Below, one piece after another: positions 37,218-51,019 of a stretch of DNA of 64,000 bases (position 1 is its first letter; every line of letters begins with the position of its first letter). The stretch comes from Octopus sinensis (Eukaryota), in the NCBI RefSeq assembly GCF_006345805.1, contig NC_042997.1, forward strand, positions 69,750,001 to 69,814,000, written 5' to 3'. The notes beneath the pieces were generated by a model that was not told the origin of the DNA, did not search any database, and saw only the letters and a program-made list of their open reading frames with translations. A program made the position numbers and the translations under genes.

Positions 37218-38034
37218 CTGGTTATACTACTACAATTCACAAAGTATTTAAACAATTTTAATACAATTCCTAATAATATTAATCATAAAAATATAACAGA
37301 AAGTTTTAAACATCAAATGGCTATGAAGGATCCCACCTCGAGTAAAACTGGAATAAAAGGGGTCGATAGGTTGAGAACCACTGATTTAGTAATTCCCTCT
37401 TTAGCTCGAGTTAGCTAGTTGCAGTTGTTTGAAATACATTATTGTTTGAAATACTCTATTTCCCAAACTATTTTTGAAACTTAATTTACTCCATGGTGTT
37501 GTGGAAACATGAATTCACAAGGAAGACGCATCAGTTTGGAAACATAATTTCCACTTGAATATCGTGCCAGGTTATGGTTGTGACGGATCGCGAATCCAGC
37601 ATCCAACTGTACATGTAATGACAACATCTACCGTAAAGCGACATCTGTATGGGCTTCTTCCAGTTTGCATCTACCAAATCCACTCACAAGTCTTTGGTCG
37701 GCTTGGGGTTATAGTAGGATACACTTGCCCAAGGTGTCTCGATTTATTCAACTAAACCCTTCAAGCTTGTGCCCCAAAATGGTCTCTGTCTAATGGTTTA
37801 AAGAAAAAAAAGATAAACGATGCAACCAGTTAACAAGCAACCAGTTAACTCGAGCCAAAGAGGGATCTTCTAAATCAGTAGATCTCATTTTTTTGTTATC
37901 TGTGGAACTCTTTGACTGCAATTTTATTCGGAGTGGGGTCCTTGATAGCTATTCGATATTTTTTAAAACTTATATTTTTATGCTTAAATATTATTAGGAA
38001 TTGTATAAAAAATAGTTTAAATATTTTGTGTATT

Positions 38035-38260
38035 ACTCTTTTACTCTTTTCCTTGTTTCAGTCATTTGACTGCGGCCATGCTGGAGTACCGCCTTTAGTC
38101 GAACAAATCGATCACAGGACTTATTCTTTGTAAGCTTAGTACTTATTCTATCGGTTTCTTTTGCTGAACTGTTAAGTTACGGGGACGTAAAGACACTAAC
38201 ATCGATTGTCAAGTGACAATGGGAAGACAAACATAGACACGCAAATATACATACATACTT
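38035..38260 (-). mobile_element. SINE family A, 3' half
   Basis: CTTGTTTCAGTCATTTGACTGCGGCCATGCTGGAGTACCGCC. Confidence 0.85.
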
Positions 38261-38549
38261 ACATACATACATACTTGCCGATTTTGTTTCTCCGTCTTCC
38301 CTTCTTTGGACTTTTTCTATATTTCTGGTGAAGAGCTCCGCTCGAAACGTGAAATCCTCTTTTCTTTCCTTTCCTGAGCATCCAATAACACTGTACTTAT
38401 TCTACGTCCCGATATATATATATATGTATATATATATCAGTTGAACATCGTTAAAACATAGTCTGGTTTTCATGTTTTTTATTATGGTGCTTTAACAAAA
38501 TTAGTGCTGTCATCTTAAACATCACGGTTTTGCCAGGCGTACTGATATT

Positions 38550-38868
38550 ACTCTTTTACTCTTTTACTTGTTTCAGTCATTTGACTGTTGCCATGCTGGA
38601 GCATTTATTCTATCGGTCTTTTTTGTCGAACCGCTAAGTTTTGGGGACATAAACACACCAGCATCGGTTGTCAAGTGATGTTGGGGGGGGGGACAAATAC
38701 AGACACACAAACATATACATACACGTACATATATATATATGGGCTTCTTTCAGTTTCCGTCTACCAAATCCACTCACAAGGCTTTGGTCGGCCCGAGGCT
38801 ATAGTAGAAGACAATTGCCCAATGTGGTTGGTAAGCAAGCTACTTACCACACAGCCTCTCCTACGCCT
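38550..38868 (-). mobile_element. SINE family A, near full length with deletions
   Basis: Tail, microsatellite and head segments in order on the minus strand. Confidence 0.85.
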
Positions 38869-39224
38869 ATGTAACTTGTTTATACTTATTAATCCACATC
38901 ATTAACTGGGTGGTATATTATTGCTGTTATTTACGTTCAGAACAAGGTTGAACATTTTAATAAACCGTTTTCCTTTCACGTTTCTTTCAGCCTCACTTAT
39001 GTCATGTAAGTTGTGCAAAGGAAAAATTAGAAACATTTTCTGACCACATGTCTCTATATGTTCGCTCAATGAAATTTGGTGAACATTGGTGTTCCGGATT
39101 TCTTATCACACATCCACGCCTGTAGAAGTATTACTAGTTTATTAGAGACATATTTTAACAACAAAATCTTATATGGACCCCCACAAGGGACATATGGACC
39201 CCGGTTGGAAACCACAGTTCTAAA

Positions 39225-39390
39225 TAGTAGCTTACCATGGTAAAAATAATCGCCAAATCTCTACCAGATGATACCTTCGAGTCTTGAAAAGGAGTGTCAT
39301 GTATACAAAAGCACAAAATAAAGACAGGATACTCATAGCCGGAACGCTATTTATCGTTAGTCTGCTCAGTCAATGCTGACTAATGACTAA
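39225..39390 (-). mobile_element. Dispersed repeat family E (GAGCAGAC..GATCAAAGGCATTCCAGC-type)
   Basis: Related degenerate copies near 27440, 32860, 40695, 42600, 45520 and 61700. Confidence 0.5.
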
Positions 39391-39827
39391 AAAAAAAAGA
39401 TCACACCGACTAGCCAACTAGATAGCCAATAATGCATATTGTTTACAAACGGCCATTCAGCTACTTGACTGCCCACTTCAAGGGCCTAACTTACCCTATA
39501 CTACAGCCACCACCACCACCACGCTGTCTCTGCCACCAATGTCATCATCATCATCATCATCATCATCAGTAGCAACAACATTAGTGACAACATCACCAGC
39601 AACAACATTGCCGCAACTAATTCAACCCCAAACATCCTTCAAAACTTCACAGAACTACGCATTTAACATTAGCAGCAATTCTGATACCGCTATCATCTCC
39701 ATTCATATCTTCATCATCATCACAAGCAAGCTACAGAAGTTAACTCAGTAGGAGTATCGCTAAAGAGTCTTAATGTGGTCTTCTACGTTGCTTGCAATAG
39801 CAGTCAAGTTTACCTCAAGACATACCC
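39350..39827. repeat. Right arm of the ~490-bp inverted duplication
   Basis: As above; differences are mainly in the trinucleotide tracts. Confidence 0.95.
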
Positions 39828-40465
39828 CACTGTCTTTTAAAAGAGCACATAGAACATAGAATAATGTGGCATTAGGGTTCACTCTGTAGAAATGATGTGA
39901 TGTACACTACTGGGGCATTTTAAATCATAACTGACCTTGAGCATAAATAAATGATGGAAAAAAACAGTAACTTCATCACTAATGTCAACAACATCATCTG
40001 CTCCGCCAACACTTACATCACTCCAACTGAAGCCTCGCCATCGCCACTGCTGATACCCCTCCATCATTAACAACAACAACAACAACACCAACTATAATAC
40101 AGCCAACGTCGCCAACAGCATCACAACAACTATCACCACCATCAACCCGTACACCACCACCACCACCACCATCATTACTACTATCATGACCACCACAAAC
40201 AGTAACGCCACAACCACTACCACCATATTCATTTTGAACGTCGACATCAGATATTCATCCTTCTCCAACTACTATAGCCCAACCTCTTCTTTGCATGAGT
40301 ATAACAGCATCCGGTGCAGTCCTCCACCCCAACCAGGTCTCTTCTGTTTGAAGAGGCTCTACGGCTGGTGTCTCCCATCTATGAAGGAAGTAAAAGAACT
40401 TGAAATCTAATAGACGGACCTACATTTGTGTCCTAATGACCTGGCAACTTGATCTTTCTCTCCCG

Positions 40466-40593
40466 TCTTCTTCTTCTTCTTCTTCTTCTTCTTCTTCTTC
40501 TTCTTCTTCTTCTTCTTCTTCTTCTTCTTCTTCTTCTTCTTCTTCTTCTTCTTCTTCTTCTTCTTCTTCTTCTTCTTCTTCTTCTTCTTCTTC
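40466..40593. repeat. Pure (TTC)n tract, about 40 units
   Basis: Directly visible. Confidence 0.97.
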
Positions 40594-40937
40594 TCTATTT
40601 TACGCAGTTGCTTTCTCTTTGGTTTACTTCTACTTAATTCAACATAGTCATCGTTATCGTCGTAGCTACTGGTTTGTTGTTGTTGTTGATTAGCCTCAGA
40701 TCATTCGTGGTCGAGTAAGCTTATGATCAAAGGCCTTCCAGCCATGACTAATCCGCTTTTTTACATATGAAGAGCTATATTGTTACTGTATTTAGGGAGG
40801 GTCATTTTCCTAACAAACTTACATGCGCTGGTTATATTTCTCTTCTTCTTCTTCTTCTTCTTCTTCTTCTTCTTCTTCTTCTTCTTCTTCTTCTTCTTCT
40901 TCTTCTTCTTCTTCTTCTTCTCTTCTTCTTCTTCTTC

Positions 40938-40996
<59 letters not shown>

Positions 40997-41546
40997 GAGT
41001 GAGAGAGCAGTGCATGAAATCAAAGTGACACTGGGTTGAAATTTACAAAGCCCAATATACCCATCATGACTACCCGTCTGATAAAGGTACACCAGGCACA
41101 TGCATCACAACAATATGTGCGCGACACGGTGATCTCATCTCAAGATAAACAGCACATGATCTTGCAGGTGGGACCCAGTTAGAATTTTCTTCTGGTCGAG
41201 TAACCCAGCCCGCTCAAAAGGTCCCTGAATAAGGGTTGGTTAAAGATGTTGAACGAAACACCTATGTTTGCAGAGGTGAATTATTCAAACCCCAAAGAAT
41301 CCCTCTCAACATATGGCTATGATGCTCCCCCATTACTTCTGCTCGTGATCAGAGATACTCATATCGTCAGCCACTAAGGGACATGCTCAACTGGTTAAAG
41401 TCAAACAACTGACAAGCAAATCTGTGGTATTGAGCAGAATATTTGGTGTAGCCTATCTTTTATACCTAGACAAAACAATGTACATGATAACACTTCCAAT
41501 CAGTTAAGATCAGAAGCCACGAGAGCCACTGTCTGGTACTGCATCA
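40938..41546 (-). mobile_element. Non-LTR retroelement 3' end (~550 bp) with (AAT)n tail
   Basis: Unique GC-richer body ending on the minus strand in GCACTGCTCTCTCACTC followed directly by (AAT)n (40938-40996); I recognise it as an abundant octopus repeat. Confidence 0.6.
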
Positions 41547-42111
41547 TTACTATCATTATTATTATCAGTTAGCTATGGGCAGTGGATTAGCAGAATCCAT
41601 GGAGTGTCGGTCGATAAAATGCATTGCAGTATTTGTTTCTTTCATGCTCAGTGTTGAAAGTCCGATAGGAGTAACTTTGCTATTCGTCGAATAAGGGTCG
41701 ATACAATAAAGCACAAAGAAATTACTGGAGTCAATGCAGTTGCCTATCTTCCTCTTGCAAAATTGCTGGCATTATTTCTAAATTAGAAGCTATTATCAAT
41801 CAACTAGTTTACTAATCAGCTGATCGATGGTTGATTAGCCGTTTGATCAATCAATCAGTTAGGTCCTCAGAGTTCTTTTGTTGACATCATCTGCTTCACT
41901 TCTGTTACAAACCAGTGCGCTTATATTTTTTTATTGTCGGTAAAATGAATTTTCCTGGTACAATGGTACCAATTTCACATCAACAATTTTTCAAAACAGA
42001 TACGGAAATTGATTATATTATACAACATGTCATTCCAGTTTTAAAGACAAACGAGAGTGATTTGAAAGGGATTTGGAATTGTTGTTACTGGCGGTAACGT
42101 TGTTGATCACA

Positions 42112-42575
42112 GGTAAATTCACAGCCAACAATTCACTGTGAAGAAAGTTCACCGTGAGAAAAGTTTACCAAGAAAATATATCCATAGTATCTCAACATTT
42201 GGAGGCGCAATGGCCCAGTGGTTAGGGCAGCGGATTGGCGGTTTCGATTCCCAGACCGGGCGTTGTGTGTGTTTATTGAGCGAAAACACCTAAAGATTCA
42301 CGAGGCTCAGGCAGGGGGTGGTGGCGCCCGACCCCTGTTGTACTCTTTCGCCCCAACTTTCTCTCACTCTTTCTTCCTGTTTCTTGAGTAACGCTGCGAT
42401 GGACCGGCGTCCCATCCAGCTGGGGGAAACACATACGCCATAGAAACCGTGAAACCGGGCCTATGAGCCTAGCTAGGCTTCAAAAGAGCGCATAAATAAA
42501 AACAAATCTCAACATTAATAATTAAAAACTATTTTATTGAAAAAAAAGCGGTGAATTGATGACGGTGAACTTACC
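42112..42575. mobile_element. Small MITE with GGTAA..TTACC termini, interrupted by a SINE
   Basis: GGTAAATTCACAGCCAACAATTCACTGT vs reverse complement GGTAAGTTCACCGTCATCAATTCACCGC; no clear TSD. Confidence 0.6.
42201..42505 (+). mobile_element. tRNA-derived SINE family C, tail type 2, with 11-bp TSD
   Basis: TGGCCCAGTGG A box, GGTTTCGATTCC B box; ATCTCAACATT at 42189-42199 and 42506-42516. Confidence 0.9.
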
Positions 42576-44424
42576 AGACATGAACACTGTTAGAGTTGTA
42601 ATTCAACCTCATGCCAGGACAATCCGATTAGATTTATGATCACAGTTATTCCAAGTGTAATTCAATTTTTTTTTATTCAAACATAATAAATATATCTAAG
42701 TCTAAGATAGTTGTATAAATGTGACAGTTCATTCTGCTGGAATAAATAGCGAAACCACCATCAAATCACAACTCCACTTGCTTAGAAAAAAGAAATTATA
42801 GAATTTCTCTGACTAGAATAACTCTGATCGCAATTTGACTAGAATAAATCTGATCGCAAAGAAAGTGGTCACTTAATTCATTGACATACTTATTTAATAT
42901 TAAATGTTGCCAGCAGAATATAGTTATCACAACAGATTTTTACATCATTTTGTGTGTTGATTATATTGGCATGATGACACTCCCTAGACAAGATTTTTAA
43001 CGAATTTGCTTAACACAAAAAGTAATTGCTTTGTAGAGAAGCATAAGTCGCGGCATCTAAAATATAGCAGCATTTAAGCTTATATAGCATGCAATGCGAA
43101 TGATTTTAAAATCTGATATATCTCTTCTAGTATTTCATTTAATAAAAATGTTATCTAATAATGAACCCCGGAAAAAAAATACTAAAAGAAAGCTGAATAC
43201 AATTTTTTTATTTATTTATTATTTTTATTTTAGATATATGGAATAATTAGTGATATCTACTATGATAAATCGACATTGAATGGTTGACAACTGTACTGAT
43301 GTAAAAGTATCCTTTAGACCAGTTTGGATGATACTAAAAATCAGAGATCTGATTTAGATGATTGCACTTCTCGAAATACAGTACGGGTGCATTGTAATCT
43401 TAGTAATATAGTATGATAGAACCACATAAAACATATATGGCGAGGATAATGCTATTGCTGAGAAAAGTGACTGAAGGTGGCTATGTGGTTCATCTATATC
43501 ATAATGGCGAAAGCTGCTTATTAATTAGGTATGTAACAGTTACTAAAAGTACTAAAAGAAAGCAATATTATAAGCTGGAAATAATTTTATAAATTCATGT
43601 TCTAAGAAATTTCCTATAATATCAATTTTTGAAGTTTATTGAATTTTTGAACTTCAATTTTTCGCAGATTTAGATATTCATTGCATTCACTGTGGAGTAG
43701 ATTTTAATGTTTAATAATAAATAATATTGATTCGTGCAGGCGATATTTTCCGTTTTCATTTGCAACAGTCTCTCACTCTATCTCGCCTCTATTTTCTTTA
43801 ATGATGATTTAATAACAGCTGTATGACTTGGATACGAGGCAGAATTTCAAGAATATTATCAATTTCTGAAGTTTGTTAACTGAATATTTTTGATAAAATG
43901 AATAGTTTTTTGATTTACTAGTATAATCTTAAAAGAATTAAGAAGTGATTCTGTTGTTTTGGCTGTTTGGAACGCTATAAGCCTTACAATAATAACTATC
44001 CAGACTGATTTTTTCAACTTAAAACTATGGGAAGAGCCTTTTCAGTAAAAAAAGGAGAAAAAAATAAAATGGTAAATATTTTCAGAGTTACAATTCAAGG
44101 GAGCTTTGGCTGTTGTTTCTAGCATAATCCAAATAACCCTCCGTTTTTACTCTCGCATGTCTTGATGTTTTTCTATATTTTTTTACCATTAAACACATTT
44201 TATAGAATGATGATGCCGAAGTAACACACGCGTGGCCTATTGGTGGAATATAAAGAAAAAAAAATTGTAATCAATCAAGCAAAGCCGCGTGTGTTTGTAA
44301 GAAAAAAAAAAACATTTTCTAACAGAAAAATATGCTATTAAAATGAATTACGCTTACATAACTCTTTTTTTAAATCACTGTGAATAAATGCCAGCAATGA
44401 CCTTCTCAGGGTCTTCAATATCTT

Positions 44425-44690
44425 AATTTTGCCGAACCGCTAAGATACGGGGACGTAAACACACCAGTATCGGTTGTCAAGCGATGTTGGGGGACAAACA
44501 CAGACACACACACATACACACACACACACACACAAGCACACACACGACGAGCTTCTTTCAGTTTCCTCTACCAAATCCACTCAGAAGGCTTTGGTTGGCT
44601 CGAGGCTATCGTAGAAGACACATTCTCAAGGTACCACGCAGTGAGACTGACACCGGAACTATGTGGTCAATAAACAAACTACTTACTGCG
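44425..44690 (-). mobile_element. SINE family A, lacking the 3' tail
   Basis: TTTTGCCGAACCGCTAAG..CTTCTTTCAGTTTCC..AAGGTACCACGCAGTG. Confidence 0.8.
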
Positions 44691-44939
44691 CCTAGATACC
44701 CATTTCCTGGAAGTTATGAGGGAGAAAAGTCGAAAGCTACAACATCTAGGCGGTATTTATAGAAAATTTCGTTAAAAAGGATCCATTTTTCTGGATGTTA
44801 TAAGGCAACAAACATCGTGGGCATATACATCTGTAGTTATGCCCTTTTATTTATACGAATTTTTCATTTCATGTTTAATTCATTCATTGTTTGCAATGTT
44901 CTCTCTCCCCATTTCTCTCTCTCTCTCTCTCTCTTCTCT

Positions 44940-44974
<35 letters not shown>

Positions 44975-46266
44975 TACATACACTGAGAAGCTTTCAGATG
45001 GACTACTGAATTGAAGTCTCGCTGTTGCTTTGAGGGGAAGGTAAAACTTGACAAACTGCTTAACCCTCCATAGTTGGACTACCTTGATGTTTGTTTAAAA
45101 AGGAGAGCTTATGACTGTGATAAAATAATGAAAGCAATATTTACTAAGCAAGTGAGCACTATTATAGAAAGAAATAATGAGACATAAATATAAAAATTAT
45201 TAGAATTGGGAATCAAATGTGGAAATCACCCGGATGACGGTCTTTCTGCAAGTCTTTATAATTATGAATCGAATGATCAATTTGTGTATTTATGTTACTG
45301 CACTACGATGAGAACGATGACTACAATATGCAATGCGAGCAAATAAAGAAGTAAGTAATGCGGTATGTGTGTGCGCCACTGTTTCAACTAAGAATATTCC
45401 GAGTTTTTCTTACTTTATTTTAAATTGTTGACAAAGTAGCATTTCTACAATCGACAAAAGAGAGTTCTCTTTATAGTCACAGTTAGAAATATCACTTAAA
45501 TCGTTCTTAAATCAATCTACATTGTTTTGAAAACCGGAAAGGAAAAAATCGATAGTGTAGACTAAGGTACTTCTAAAAGTAATTGATGGTCACAGCAAGG
45601 AAGTCATTGAGTTTAGGTGTTTTCGATGAGGGCTGTCCTGGCGCTAATCAACAACAACACGTGAACATAGACCAAATCCCACATATTGACTCCGTCCTTC
45701 TGCTGAAAATTGAAACATGACTCTGAACTAATTTCCTTTGATTCTGAGAGAGTTTAACATTATCATTTCTGTACTAATCTGTACCAACGTCAGACAATGA
45801 ACAATGGTACCCAACAATAGCAAATTTGTCAAGGACAATGCTATAGTACACACTTCAACCAACAGCACTAAAAGAAAATGTTAAAAGATGAAACAGTTGT
45901 ACATTTACATTATTACGTTTGCTCTTTACCTCCTTCGCATTCTGGCGTTTCTTATTGCATTTATTGGCATTAGTATCATTTTGTTCTATTCATGTATTGT
46001 ATAATTATCTTTCACTCTCTTGTCTCTCTCTCCCTCTCTTTCTTTGTCTCTCGTTACACAAACAAACACACACACACACACACGCACACACACACACACA
46101 CACACCACACACACACACATCCAATTGTTTTCCCCATTCTCCTCGTTATGTAACATCATTTTGTTTATCTCTACATACATGTAACACGTACCAATATGAT
46201 TTATTGTATGAATGGATAGCAAATATAACTGTAGCTGATAGAAAATATAACTATTATTACAGTTAT

Positions 46267-46445
46267 TAAGGCGGTGAACTAGCTGAATCGTTATAGCGGC
46301 ATTTCTTCCATCACTTTGCGTTCTGAAGTCAAATGCCACCGAGGTTGACTTTGCCCTTCTTGTTTTCGGAGTCGATAAAATAAGTACCAGTTGAGGACTG
46401 GGGTTGGTGTAACTTACTCGTGTCAACTTTTCAGGCCTTCTATTT
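46267..46445 (+). mobile_element. SINE family B, first of a doublet
   Basis: TAAGGCGG start after a TTA-rich tract. Confidence 0.85.
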
Positions 46446-46469
46446 ATAATAGATAGACTTATTATTACT

Positions 46470-46670
46470 TAACGCGGTGAGCTGGCAGGTTCAATAGCAA
46501 AATGCTTAGTGGCATTTCGTCTTTCTTTATGTTCTTAGTTCAAATTCGACTTTATCCTTCATTCTTTCGGGAACCAATAAAATAGCTACCAGTTTAACAT
46601 TGGGGTCGATATATTCGACTTATCCTCTCCCCCGAAATTGCTGGCCTTGTGCCAAAATTTGAAGCCATTA
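46470..46670 (+). mobile_element. SINE family B, second of a doublet, (ATT)n tail
   Basis: Ends TGAAGCCATTATTATTATT. Confidence 0.85.
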
Positions 46671-47699
46671 TTATTATTGTTGTTGCTGTTGTTTATTGCT
46701 GAGGCTGAAGTGTTCGGAAGTTTGGTGATTTTGTGCTTTGTCTTTTAAGAATTACGTTCCCGTTGATATTATTGTTCTATTTTATGTCTTAGTAAAAAAT
46801 CATCAAAGCTTCATTAACCTAGGCATGTCTCAGGTTTTTCAGACATATAATGTGGTGAATAGGCCTAAATGGCAAAGAGTTACTAATGCAAAGAAGTAAA
46901 AACATATAAATACACCAACACAAAAAAACTGGCAGATATGTTTGTGCAACGTTGCACTAACACCTCCTTCAGTAATAGCTGCACCATTATTACCTCTGCT
47001 ATCATCCCACCATCAATACCACCGCCGCCGCCGCCACCACCACCACCACCACCACCACCACCATCACCACCACCACCACCACCACCACCACCACCACTAT
47101 CACTGATACGAACCCATGCACAACTTAACTGGCACATGTTCAACAACTGTCAGGTTTCTCACCCAACACGAAAAAATGAAATTATTAACTATACAAGCAA
47201 TAAAGACCTAATGGACTGCATAGAACAGATTTCAAGCACACACGAAAATCACCTGAATATAATGAAACACGTACATCTTAAAAAAACAAAAAACAAAAAA
47301 GAGTGTGACTTCAGAGGAAATAGAAACGAAAGAGAGTACAAAGAACTGCTTGTAGAAACAGAAATACCAGCTGGAGAAAAGGAATACTTCTCCCTTCCGC
47401 AAGTTTAACACAGATGAGCTCTTCTGACCTTTCTTCTTCCGTCTGATGATCTTACGTAGAATAGGCAAAATAAATACACGTGGCCTTGGGTCAGCACGGA
47501 AGTAGAGCCACCTGTCCAACGACCTCAAGTTGCCAGGCATAGACGTGCCTCAGATTCTCCAAGCTCATTTTCGAGGGACACAGTTTTCAGATATCCAGAT
47601 TTATCGGGATTGGGGATTGGAATGGTTGTGTTATTTCGGAATCATTTGGATCTTATGATACGGACTAATTTCATGGAACCAGAAGGTGAGTTGGTGGTG

Positions 47700-48720
47700 G
47701 TGAAGTGAGCAGCAGTGAAGAATGTCACCAGACCAGCAGCTGTCTACGTGATAACCATATTTCTTCAGGTGTGTGGAGGTTTTTCTAGGATCGTCCCGAT
47801 TCTGTGTAGCGCGAAATTAAAACGTCACATTGGCTGAGCGTTTAGATTGTGCGTGGTTAGCTGATAAAAGAAGGGTTGCAGTCTTTGCCAACTTGCTCAA
47901 GCGTTTCCACCTGTCTGACAGATACTGAGTGGATTTTTCAGATGTGCTAATAAATACACGGACAAAGCGCATCGGGTCATCCAAATCGTATCTAGAAATT
48001 CTGTAGTACTGTAGATAAGGATAGGACAAGTTGTCTATATTTTAAGACCGTCGGCAATACTGATGACAAACTTGTCATACGTAAGGTCGATAAGGCTTTC
48101 TAGGCTGGGACCCTGTTACTAATAGCTGAACGTATCGTTACCAGTGCACGAAACTTACCAATTTAGCAAATCAGTTAAGCAGCAGTTGACGGGAGCAGTC
48201 GTCTGCAAGAAATGGTGATTCGTTCTGAAAAGGTGATTAGATAATGATCGATAACGTTTAGTAAGACTAAGGCAATAGAGAAAACTAGAATAGAATGAGA
48301 CTTTGAGGGTATGCTGCGTGAAGTAGGTTGTGGAAGAGCCTTTTCAGCATACGAGAACAACGTTATCATCGTCATAGTGTTAGACACTACCACGAATAAG
48401 AGGTCATCGGCGCTGCTCTATGAGACTACATGGTAGTGACATGAGCAAAATAGAAATCAAGAAAAGGCAGTAGGCATGTAGCTCCATGGCTTGTGATGTC
48501 ATCCAAAAGCGCAAGATGGACCGTTGAAATTACTCGGGGTCTGGTTCAAAATCAGAACTGGGATCATCAAGAAATATGTCGAAACTAGCACTAAAAGGCC
48601 AGACAGAGGTAGCGAACACTTACATAGCACCCGATATATATTAATCACTTGACCGTCATACCTTGCCCCAGTTCACGACTTATCGTACTGGTGTGCCTGC
48701 TATATTTCACTGAAAGCTGC
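47700..48720 (+). mobile_element. Heavily degraded Tx1/L1-clade LINE RT region
   Basis: Ordered motifs: SAYENNV (48344; cf. SAYADDV), PLKLLGVWF (48521), KLALKGQTEVANTYIA (48582) and LTVIPCP, matching Tx1-type post-RT motifs. Confidence 0.6.
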
Positions 48721-49221
48721 TGTTTCATGCATCTCAAGTTAATTAATCCCAGCTTGACAAAGCTTTGCGCACGTCAGCAAATGTACTATTTGCATTTATG
48801 TAAGATTGTAATCGCTCTTAAAGACCTATAAGCGACTGATTCTTGTCCGAAGCTGAAGTGTAACGACCCAATGTGACGTCATTCATAGCCCAATGATGTG
48901 TTTTCAAACATATTGTCTATGAGTAGAGATTTGTCCCAAGACTTACTTCAAAACGAGAGATTCTCCCATGTCCGAGCGTTCACGAATGTCTTAAATATAA
49001 TTGTAATCGCATATAATTGTACGGCTCTAGTTTATTAATTCCTGCCTGACTAAGCGAAGCATTCATCAATAAATGTTCGAGTGTGCTGGTGAGCATAGAC
49101 GTGCTATATAATTGTCAATAACTATATACAGTTGCGTGTGTGAGTGTGTGTGCGTGCGTGTATGTGAGTGAGTTTATGTATGCATGCACATACATAAATA
49201 TACATGCGTGTGTATGTACAT

Positions 49222-49276
<55 letters not shown>

Positions 49277-49690
49277 CACTCACATATGGAGAGAGAGTGA
49301 GAGAGAGACCAAATGTGGGAGGCGCAAGAGTGGGCATATATGTGAATGCAAATGTTCAGTGATTACGCTAAAAAAATGAGGTGTGACTTCTTTCTTGAAA
49401 ATGTTCCTGGTTTTATAGACACACCCATTCGGATATATTTACTAGACGCCCAGTTAATTTTCGAAAAGAAAAGACGGAAACGTGGCTGAAGAACGATCAA
49501 AAACAAGGGTCAAGTACTGCTTGCTTAACCCGGAAAGACCCAAGACTACAAAATTGCGTCAAAGCAAACTTGGCTTTCATTGGCGTATACATATATCCGC
49601 ATGTATTTACACGTATGTATGTGTATATACTTTTTTGCAACCTTAAATGAAGAATATATTTATGAAGGGACATACACAGAAATACAAACA

Positions 49691-49780
<90 letters not shown>

Positions 49781-49857
49781 TATGCATATATACACATGTA
49801 TATATACATATATATGTATATATAGATATATATACATATATATACATATATACATAT

Positions 49858-50015
49858 ATGACGGGCTTCTTTCAGTTTCTGTCTACCAGATCCACTCACA
49901 AGGCTTTTGTCGGCCCGAGGCTATAGCAGAAGACACTTGCCCAAGGTGCCACGCAGTGGGGCTGAACCTTGAACCGTGTGGTTGGTAAGCAAGCTACTTA
50001 CTAAACAGCCACGCC
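49858..50015 (-). mobile_element. SINE family A head/body
   Basis: GACGGGCTTCTTTCAGTTTC..CACTTGCCCAAGGTGCCACGCAGTGGG. Confidence 0.85.
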
Positions 50016-50110
50016 TACATACATGCGTATATTTATACATGCATATATACATGTATACATACACACACACATATATACATATACACATGTGGGTTTTTAT
50101 ATATATATAT

Positions 50111-50152
<42 letters not shown>

Positions 50153-50188
50153 TTATATATATACGCACATATATATTGTATGTATGTA

Positions 50189-50220
<32 letters not shown>

Positions 50221-50269
50221 GTATGTATGTTGTATGTATGTATATATATATATATATATATATAGTATG

Positions 50270-50342
<73 letters not shown>

Positions 50343-51019
50343 ATAGATACTTATCTTATTCTTTAGCAAGATATAATTGGCAGTGACTTCCAAGTTTCGG
50401 TCAGTTAAGCTATCATCGGACTATAATGTAAAATTGATTTCACTGTAACGTATAAGCACACGCGCGCGTTCACACACACACATCACACACACACACACAC
50501 ACACCCACACACATACACACTCACACACACACCCATTTATACATATGTGTCTATGTATATTTGTTCGTATGCATATTGTAATCTATCTATCTATGGGTTA
50601 TTACTTCCAACGAAAAACTTCCTTATCATTGGTCCGTTCTTTAGTTACAAATTATAACCCCTTTCTCAGGATATACTATAGAAATGTTTTTTCACGGGGA
50701 AGGGAAAAAGGGACCCGGAGAGTGTTGTCAGGGCTGAAAAAATTCAGAAAAATCGCCTTTTAAAACATTGAGATTTTGCTTGTCTAACACCATAGTGACA
50801 AGGAGTCCCGTTTTGTATTCAAACTGTTCTTCAAACGTGATTAGATCACTCTAGCCTTAAATTGGCAAACTCATTTTTGCTGGCTTGCTTTCTGACTGGT
50901 ATTATTTAATTTATCTACGGCTACATTATTGGTATTTACTCTTTTGTTATAGAATCTTCGTTGGCTTTTAATTTAATTGATTTTTTGTTAGTTTATAAAA
51001 TTTGCTTTTTACAATTTCT

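Noticed and set aside
37359-39217. hAT-like ends at 37359-37383 and ~39203-39217 as TIRs of one element
   Set aside because: Both are right-end orientation (…GGTTG.GAACCAC.G), so they cannot be an inverted pair.
42810-42859. 24-bp direct repeat pair TGACTAGAATAA.TCTGATCGCAA
   Set aside because: Only two units with a 2-bp spacer; a simple local tandem duplication, not CRISPR-like.
46938-47408. 156-aa ORF with a polyproline tract (formin/WASP-like appearance)
   Set aside because: The polyproline derives from a (CCA/CCG)n repeat like others in the window; the flanks show no recognisable domain or convincing splice context.
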